64,000 nucleotides of DNA from an uncultured Gammaproteobacteria bacterium (GTDB taxonomy: Bacteria > Patescibacteriota > Patescibacteriia > Patescibacteriales > GWC2-42-12), in NCBI GenBank assembly GCA_964431805.1, contig CAYSKV010000005.1, positions 3,435 to 67,434 on the forward strand, in the 5' to 3' direction. Under the pieces are notes generated by a model. That model did not search any database. It was given only the letters and a program-made list of their open reading frames with translations, and had not been told where the DNA came from. Both the position numbers and the translations under genes were made by a program. This document shows, one piece after another, positions 52,869-59,350 of the stretch (position 1 is the first letter of the stretch; every line of letters starts with the position of its first letter).

Positions 52869-53888
52869 TTAATTTGTCAATTCCTGATTCGAATCAGCTT
52901 TTAATTTTTGCCACGGCGTAAACTTTTTTCTTTTAGCGCTAAAATATCCGGCCGTAGCGATCATAGCTGCGTTGTCCGTACAATATTTAAATTCAGGAAT
53001 AATTAATTTAGTATTAATTAATTTATTTTTTACCGCTGTTTCAAGTTGGCTTCTTAATTCAACGTTCGCCGCTACACCACCCGATAACATAATATTTTTA
53101 CAATTATATTTTATAGCCGCTTTAATAGTTTTATGAACTAAAACTTCAGCTACGGCTTTTTGAAATTCATAAGCATACTCGGAAATTTTCTTTTTATAAT
53201 TTTTATCTTTTTGTATTTCGTATAACAACGCTGTTTTCAATCCAGAAAAAGAAAAATCAAAATCACCGGAATTAAGCATCGGTCTTGGTAATTTATTAAT
53301 TAGTAATTTGTAATTTGTAATTTGTAATTTTGCCGCGCTAGCGGCGATTTCCGGTCCTCCTGGATATCCTAAATTAAGTAATTGCGACGCTTTATCAAAA
53401 GCTTCGCCGGCTGCATCATCTCTAGTTTCGCCTAATAATTTATATTTACCATGCGCGGTCATTAAAATTAACATAGTATGACCCCCGGATACTGTTAAAA
53501 TTAACGCCGGAAATTTCGACTTACTATTTATAAAATTGGCGTAAATATGTCCTTCAATATGATTAATAGCTATGACCGGCAAGCTCCAAGCATAGGCTAA
53601 AGTTTTAGCCGTTTCCACTCCGACGAGTAATGACGTAATTAATCCCGGCCCAGTCGTCACGGCAATCGCATCAATTTTATTTACGCCTCTAAGCGCTTCG
53701 TTAACTACCGGCAAAATATTTAAAACATGTTCGCGCGCCGCCACCTCTGGCACCACGCCGCCATATTTTTTGTGTATTTCGATTTGTGAAGAAACCACAT
53801 TTGATAAAACCTTAACTTTATCACCCATACCGCAAACGACCGAGGCCGCGGTTTCATCGCACGAGGTTTCAATGCCTAATATATTCAT
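52869..53888 (-). CDS. tsaD: tRNA N6-adenosine threonylcarbamoyltransferase
   Basis: 339 aa. ILGIETSCDETA, HIEGH, SGGVAAN motifs. Confidence 0.95.
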   Translation of the reverse strand: MNILGIETSCDETAASVVCGMGDKVKVLSNVVSSQIEIHKKYGGVVPEVAAREHVLNILPVVNEALRGVNKIDAIAVTTGPGLITSLLVGVETAKTLAYAWSLPVIAINHIEGHIYANFINSKSKFPALILTVSGGHTMLILMTAHGKYKLLGETRDDAAGEAFDKASQLLNLGYPGGPEIAASAAKLQITNYKLLINKLPRPMLNSGDFDFSFSGLKTALLYEIQKDKNYKKKISEYAYEFQKAVAEVLVHKTIKAAIKYNCKNIMLSGGVAANVELRSQLETAVKNKLINTKLIIPEFKYCTDNAAMIATAGYFSAKRKKFTPWQKLKADSNQELTN

Positions 53889-54003
53889 AAAATTTATCTT
53901 ATCTAATAACCCTTAAAAAAACAAGCTGACTTTACAAAATTCTCTTAAAAGTGCAAAATATAAGGGACTTACAAAATAATTAATAACCGGCTATAATATA
54001 ATT

Positions 54004-54408
54004 ATGTATAAAAAAGTCATAATTCCTACAATTTTATTCATCGCTGTTTTTGCTTTTTCATTTTTTGCGCTTTCAGGAGAAGGTAGTAAAAATAAACCAA
54101 CAACAAACGAGCCAACCGGCCAACAAAATCAGGCGGTAAGCCAGATTATTCTTTTTTATGGCGACGGCTGCCCGCATTGTAAAATCGTAGAAGAATATAT
54201 TGAAAAAAATAAAACCAAAGAAAAACTTTCTTTCGCTCAAAAAGAAGTTTATTATAATAAAACTAACGCTAACGAGCTTGTAGAAAAAGCAAAAATTTGC
54301 GGTTTACCGACCGATTCAATCGGCGTGCCATTTCTGTTTGATGAAAAAAAATGTTATATCGGCGATCAAGATATTATAAATTTTTTCAAACAAAAAACTA
54401 ATGAATAA
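54004..54408 (+). CDS. Membrane-anchored thioredoxin-fold protein with CPHC active site
   Basis: 134 aa. N-terminal TM, then LFYGDGCPHCKIVEEYI. A second Cys pair occurs later (C...C). Confidence 0.7.
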   Translation: MYKKVIIPTILFIAVFAFSFFALSGEGSKNKPTTNEPTGQQNQAVSQIILFYGDGCPHCKIVEEYIEKNKTKEKLSFAQKEVYYNKTNANELVEKAKICGLPTDSIGVPFLFDEKKCYIGDQDIINFFKQKTNE

Positions 54409-54928
54409 CAAAAAATTATCAATTTATATTTTTTCTTTTTTAGCAATTAGTTTTCTCTTTGCTAAAAAAGCTTTAGCGGTTTGTCCCATTTGTACGATCG
54501 CGGTTGGCGCTGGCCTTGGTCTTTCCCGCTGGTTAGGAATTAACGATACCATAACCGGCCTATGGATTGGCGGACTTATCGTTTCCATGATTGTCTGGAC
54601 CGAAAGTTGGCTTGATAAAAAAAATATTCGCTTTAAAGGCAGAATTTTTGTGGACATACTAGTCTATTATCTTTTTACTATTATTCCACTTTATTATACT
54701 GGCATCATCGGCAATCCATTAAATACTTTATGCGCTTGTGGAATAGATAAATTACTTTTTGGCATTGTTGCTGGCAGCTCGGCTTTCTGGTTCGGAGCTA
54801 GTTGGTATTTTTTTCTTAAAGAAAAAAATAATGGACGCGCTCACTTTCCTTTTCAAAAAGTTGTTATGCCAATTACGCCGATTATTATTTTAAGTATAAT
54901 TTTTTATTTTTTAACTTCACCCCGTTAA
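54401..54928 (+). CDS. Novel 5-6 TM membrane protein with CPIC and CAC motifs
   Basis: 175 aa. The start overlaps the upstream stop by 8 nt (ATGAATAA). AVCPICTIAVGAGLG lies in a TM and NTLCACGIDKL at a TM boundary. Confidence 0.6.
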   Translation: MNNKKLSIYIFSFLAISFLFAKKALAVCPICTIAVGAGLGLSRWLGINDTITGLWIGGLIVSMIVWTESWLDKKNIRFKGRIFVDILVYYLFTIIPLYYTGIIGNPLNTLCACGIDKLLFGIVAGSSAFWFGASWYFFLKEKNNGRAHFPFQKVVMPITPIIILSIIFYFLTSPR

Positions 54929-55051
54929 ATAATTTGTTTAAACAAATTAAGGCTTGGATAATTGGCGAGATAATTATATTATTAATAAATTGAATATTAT
55001 TTAAAAAATTTTATATAATCAAAATAAAAAATCAAGCCTTATTTAACGGGG
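54913..55051. repeat. Structured element closed by CCCCGTTAAAT/ATTTAACGGGG, copy 2
   Basis: CCCCGTTAAAT-[AATTTGTTTAAACAAATT palindrome]-AAGGCTTG ... CAAGCCTT-ATTTAACGGGG. The left arm overlaps the last codons of the membrane-protein gene. Confidence 0.6.
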
Positions 55052-55068
55052 CAAGTAACTTTAAAAAT

Positions 55069-55605
55069 ATGGATAACCAAAATCCGATAAAAAATATTAA
55101 TGAATTTATTCAAAAAGTAGATACGATGAAAAAAGAAAATAAATTAGACCTTTCTTCTGATCAAGATTTATCCATCGCCATTATGAATTTAGTTAGTATT
55201 GAAGAACATTTCTTTTTTACTGGCGGCAAATTAGAAAAAACAGGCTACTACGATATGATAAAAGATGTTAGGGAAATGAGAAAAGAACTGATGTTAAAAA
55301 TAGTGAAAGAACCGGAAGGTGAAGTCTGGTGCATTTCAAAGCATTTACTCGCCGCTTCTATGCGCTTAATGGAAGTTGGGACAAAACAACTTGGCATAGG
55401 CAGAAAAGATGAAGCCTACAATCTTTTTGATAAAGCCTTTAATCTTTATTCTCTATTTTGGGGGCTTAATATGAAACTTTTAAATGTCGGCGATATAAAA
55501 AAAATTGATGATGGAGCGGTAAATAAACATGACACTGAAAAAAAAGGTTTAATGGGAAAACTTGGTGAACTGGTAAAAAAAGCGATTGATTGCTGTATTG
55601 AATAA
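55069..55605 (+). CDS. Hypothetical protein ending in CCIE
   Basis: 178 aa, helical. No recognised motif. Followed by the bidirectional terminator ACTCTGG-tttaaa-GCCAGAGT. Confidence 0.5.
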   Translation: MDNQNPIKNINEFIQKVDTMKKENKLDLSSDQDLSIAIMNLVSIEEHFFFTGGKLEKTGYYDMIKDVREMRKELMLKIVKEPEGEVWCISKHLLAASMRLMEVGTKQLGIGRKDEAYNLFDKAFNLYSLFWGLNMKLLNVGDIKKIDDGAVNKHDTEKKGLMGKLGELVKKAIDCCIE

Positions 55606-55665
55606 TTTTTAAAAATTATATAAAAAAACTCTGGTTTAAAGCCAGAGTTTTTATTTTTATTATCT

Positions 55666-58600
55666 TTATCTTTGAAGACCGCTATAAGCTATACCTCTAA
55701 TTATATTCCAATCTGTAGCATTAACTGGGCTATGTTCATAGATCCATTTGAAAGTTGTGATAGCGGTTTGTTCGCTGATTAGGTTTCTGGGTCTGGGCAT
55801 TAAACCATAGGCCATAACCATAATAGTGTTTTGGTCTAGATTGTTAGACATAACAGGGTTGCGGCCATAGACTCGGGAGAATTCTATTTTAGCCTGTTCC
55901 TCAATATTAGAATTTCTCTCAATTGGCCATCTACCATTGGCTATTTTCAATAAATCAGACCATTCAGCTTCGCTATTAGGCAGTCTAGAGTAGGCTTTGT
56001 AGTAGGAGTTAATGACTGCGGCTCGTTCGCCTGAACCTAATCTCAGGGTTGATTTAGTACCATAGACTATGAAATTATTGATAGTTGATCTCTCAATATC
56101 AGTTATAGTTTTATCTAAATTTAGAATAGTCTGATATTTAATTAATCCTTGTTGTTCTTTGGCTAAATCAGCCTGAATAGCTAGATGAGTTAATAATTGA
56201 TTTTTATCATTAGTAGCTAATATTTGAGCTTCGGTTAGAATCTGTTCTAATAGTTCATCATTGTTATTATTAGCTGAATTATTATTGTTGTTATTATTGT
56301 TTTGATTATTACCTGGGTTGTTGTTTCCTGGATTGCCGTTATTGTTGTTCCCATTATTTCCTGGGTTGTTGTTATTGGGTGGAGGCAAAGGGTTACCACC
56401 AGAAACAATCATAATACTGTCTGAATAAACATCTGTTATATTGCCTAGAGCGTCCTTAAATTTAACATAAACTGTTTTAGTGCCAAAACCGCTGTCTAAC
56501 GTCCAGGTTATGGCCGAGGTATATGTTCGCCAATCGCAATCAGTAAACTCTTGATTATTACAAACCATCATCTGACTAACAGCGCCGGCATCATCAGTGG
56601 CTTGAAAATTTAAAATTACATCATGAGTAATTATTTTTTCTTCTCCGGAGTTAATAGTAATTTGACCGGTTAAAACCGGAAGGCCGAGACGGGTTAAAAA
56701 AGTAACTTCAGTATTATTATAAGAAGTAAAAAATCCGCCAACTAATATTTTATTATCGTTTTGAAAAAAGACGGAATATACTCCGGCATAAAAAAGCCCT
56801 GCTAAACCAGTTCCAGAATTAAATGTTTCATCTAAGCTGCCGTCGGAGTTAAGTCGAACTATATTATTTACTGCAGTGCCATTATAAGAAGTAAAATATC
56901 CGCCAATTAATATTTTACCATCATCCTGAAGTGACATTGTTTGTATGTATGGATAATCGTTTCCCAATCCTGTGCCAGAACTAAATGTTTCATCTAAGCT
57001 GCCATCGGAGTTAAGTCGAACTATGTAGTTTGCCATAACTCCATTATAAGAATTAAAACCTCCACCCACTAATATTTTACCATCATTTTGAAGGGCTATT
57101 GAACATACCGCCGGCCAATCTCCGCCGAAACCGGTACCTTGATTAAAAGTTGTATCCATACTTCCATCAGTATTTAGTCTAACTATATTGTTTACTTCGG
57201 TACCATTATAAATAGTAAAATATCCACCAACCAATATTTTATCGTCATTTTGTATTGTAACAAAATAAACTCTTTCCCAGTCTCCGTTAAAACCCTCCTC
57301 CATATTAAAACTTGCATCTATACTGCCATCAGAATTAAGTCTAGCTATATTATTAGCCAAATTTCCATTATAAGAACTAAAATCTCCACCAACTAATATT
57401 TTCCCGTCACTTTGCAAGGCTATAGTATTTATATAATTATCAAATCCTAATCCGCCAGAATTAAAAGTAGTATCTAAACTACCATCAGAGTTAAGTCTAA
57501 CTATATTATTCGCCGTAGTGCCGTTATAAGAAGTAAACCATCCACCAACTAATATTTTACCATCACTTTGAAGGGCTATAGTATTCACACAATCATCAAA
57601 ACCTAACCCGCCAAAATTAAATGTTTCATCCAAACTACCATCAACATTGAGTCGAGCTATATAATTTACCGCAGTATCATTATAAGAAGTAAAACCTCCA
57701 CCCACTAATATTTTCCCATCGTCTTGAGTAGTTACAATACTAATATAACCATTAAAACCTTTAGCGCCTGGATTAAAGCTTGTATCTAAACTACCATCTG
57801 AGTTAAGTCTTTCCAAATAATCTCCGCCTATTATTATTTTATTATCAGATTGAATAGATATATCTCTAACCCACATCCAAGAATAAATTTTAGAGGGAGA
57901 GGTAAATGTATTATCTAAAGTTCCATTACTATTTAATCGGGCTATTTTTTTTATAGTAGTACCATTATAAGAATCAAAATCTCCTCCTATTAATATTTTA
58001 CCGTCTGATTGAATAGCTACACTAGCAGTCCTAATAGTAAAACCTGTTCCTGCGTTAGCATGAAAGTCCGTATCTAAACTTCCATCTGTATTAATTCTAG
58101 CTATATATCCAATACTTGTTCCTCTGTATGTGTCGATTCTCATGCCAACGATAATTATTTTCCCATCAGATTGTACTGCTATATCTAAAATTTCTGGATA
58201 ATATGAACCCGACAACCCAGTACCGGGGTCAAAAGTTGTATCTAAGGTTCCATCAGCATTTAATCTGGCTATTTCGTTTCTGGTTACTCCGTTAAATGTA
58301 GTAAAAAGTCCCCCAATAACTATTTTATTATCGTCCTGAATAAATATTGATTCTGGACCCCACCAATTAAAACCTGTGCCAATATTAAAACTTGTATCTA
58401 AAGTACCATTTGTATTTAATCTAGCTATTCTGCTTACTGCTGTACCATTATAAGAACTAAATTGCCCGATAACTACTATTTTCCCATCACTTTGTAGGCC
58501 CATTCCCATGACATTACTATTAAACCCAACACCAATATTAAAATCTGTATCTAAACTACCATCAGTATTTAATCTAACTATGTGATTTACTGTTGTGCCA

Positions 58601-59001
58601 TTATAAGAAGTAAAACCTCCTCCAACTAATATTTTACCATCACTTTGGAGGACAATTGTTTCTACTTTATAATCACCATTGTCATTAAAGCCTGTACCGA
58701 TATTAAAATCTGTATCTAAACTACCTTCAGTATTTAATCTGGCTATACAATTAGCCGGTGTGCCATTATAAGAATTAAATTCACCGCCAATTAAAATTTT
58801 TCCATCACCTTGAATAACTGTTGTATTTACTCTATAATCAACTCCTTTAAATTCACCATTTATAAAATCCGAGTCTAGTCGCCCATCAGAATATATATAA
58901 CTTTGAGCTTTGGTTTGGTTGGCGAAGGAGGATAGAAATAATAAGGTTAAAATAAATAAGATTATGCCTTTGGGCATTTTTTTGTTTTTTGTTATTTTCA
59001 T
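55666..59001 (-). CDS. Giant secreted protein: signal peptide, ~13 delta-60-type beta-propeller repeats, Ig-like region, poly-Asn/Gly linker, conserved C-terminal domain
   Basis: Trimmed to the ATG at 58999-59001 (MKITKNKKMPKGIILFILTLLFLSSFA). Repeat unit ARLN.DGSLDT.FN.G.GF......IA.QSDGKILVGG.F.SYNG. Linker PPNNNNPGNNGNNNNGNPGNNNPGNNQNNNNNNNN. The C-terminal ~190 aa are homologous to the end of 4535-7516. Confidence 0.85.
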   Translation of the reverse strand: MKITKNKKMPKGIILFILTLLFLSSFANQTKAQSYIYSDGRLDSDFINGEFKGVDYRVNTTVIQGDGKILIGGEFNSYNGTPANCIARLNTEGSLDTDFNIGTGFNDNGDYKVETIVLQSDGKILVGGGFTSYNGTTVNHIVRLNTDGSLDTDFNIGVGFNSNVMGMGLQSDGKIVVIGQFSSYNGTAVSRIARLNTNGTLDTSFNIGTGFNWWGPESIFIQDDNKIVIGGLFTTFNGVTRNEIARLNADGTLDTTFDPGTGLSGSYYPEILDIAVQSDGKIIIVGMRIDTYRGTSIGYIARINTDGSLDTDFHANAGTGFTIRTASVAIQSDGKILIGGDFDSYNGTTIKKIARLNSNGTLDNTFTSPSKIYSWMWVRDISIQSDNKIIIGGDYLERLNSDGSLDTSFNPGAKGFNGYISIVTTQDDGKILVGGGFTSYNDTAVNYIARLNVDGSLDETFNFGGLGFDDCVNTIALQSDGKILVGGWFTSYNGTTANNIVRLNSDGSLDTTFNSGGLGFDNYINTIALQSDGKILVGGDFSSYNGNLANNIARLNSDGSIDASFNMEEGFNGDWERVYFVTIQNDDKILVGGYFTIYNGTEVNNIVRLNTDGSMDTTFNQGTGFGGDWPAVCSIALQNDGKILVGGGFNSYNGVMANYIVRLNSDGSLDETFSSGTGLGNDYPYIQTMSLQDDGKILIGGYFTSYNGTAVNNIVRLNSDGSLDETFNSGTGLAGLFYAGVYSVFFQNDNKILVGGFFTSYNNTEVTFLTRLGLPVLTGQITINSGEEKIITHDVILNFQATDDAGAVSQMMVCNNQEFTDCDWRTYTSAITWTLDSGFGTKTVYVKFKDALGNITDVYSDSIMIVSGGNPLPPPNNNNPGNNGNNNNGNPGNNNPGNNQNNNNNNNNSANNNNDELLEQILTEAQILATNDKNQLLTHLAIQADLAKEQQGLIKYQTILNLDKTITDIERSTINNFIVYGTKSTLRLGSGERAAVINSYYKAYSRLPNSEAEWSDLLKIANGRWPIERNSNIEEQAKIEFSRVYGRNPVMSNNLDQNTIMVMAYGLMPRPRNLISEQTAITTFKWIYEHSPVNATDWNIIRGIAYSGLQR

Positions 59002-59205
59002 ATTTTTGTTTATTAAAAAAGCAATGGACAAAGAGTTTAAACTGATTAAACTATTATCCATTGCTTTTTTTCTAATATTTTAAACCAATTTATGCTATTT
59101 TTAGCTAAATTGGCGTTATTTTTTATCATGTTTTGTTTTTATTTTTTGATAATATGATTTTGTATTATCTAATATAATTTTAACAAAAATTTTGTATTTT
59201 GTCAA
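59002..59205 (-). promoter_or_regulatory. Promoter (TTGACA 59205-59200, 17 nt, TAAAAT 59182-59177) plus structured leader and terminator-like hairpin (59064-59021, then T6). Copy B of the duplicated cassette.
   Basis: Hand alignment to 4327-4534 gives ~88% identity with 3 small indels. The hairpin GCAATGGATA...TGTCCATTGC keeps pairing through a C-to-U change, so C-G becomes U.G. Confidence 0.6.
59046..59129 (-). CDS. Candidate leader peptide (uORF, 27 aa) MIKNNANLAKNSINWFKILEKKQWIIV
   Basis: Same frame and the same first 21 codons (3 substitutions) as uORF A. A 1-nt indel changes the tail. The stop again lies inside the terminator-like hairpin. Confidence 0.3.
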   Translation of the reverse strand: MIKNNANLAKNSINWFKILEKKQWIIV

Positions 59206-59350
59206 TGTCTAAAAATTTAAAAATCACCTATACTTAGCGGGGTTTTATTTTATTGACTTTGATAAATTCTTTCTGTTATACTTACCCAAAGCACATTTTA
59301 AAATTAGTAAACACAGAAGCAACCAAAACGACAAAAACAAGGAGGGCATT

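Noticed and set aside
55594-55605. The C-terminal CCIE of the 178-aa protein as a CaaX-like lipidation box
   Set aside because: Position a1 is Cys rather than aliphatic, and prenylation machinery is not expected in bacteria. No supporting gene is present.
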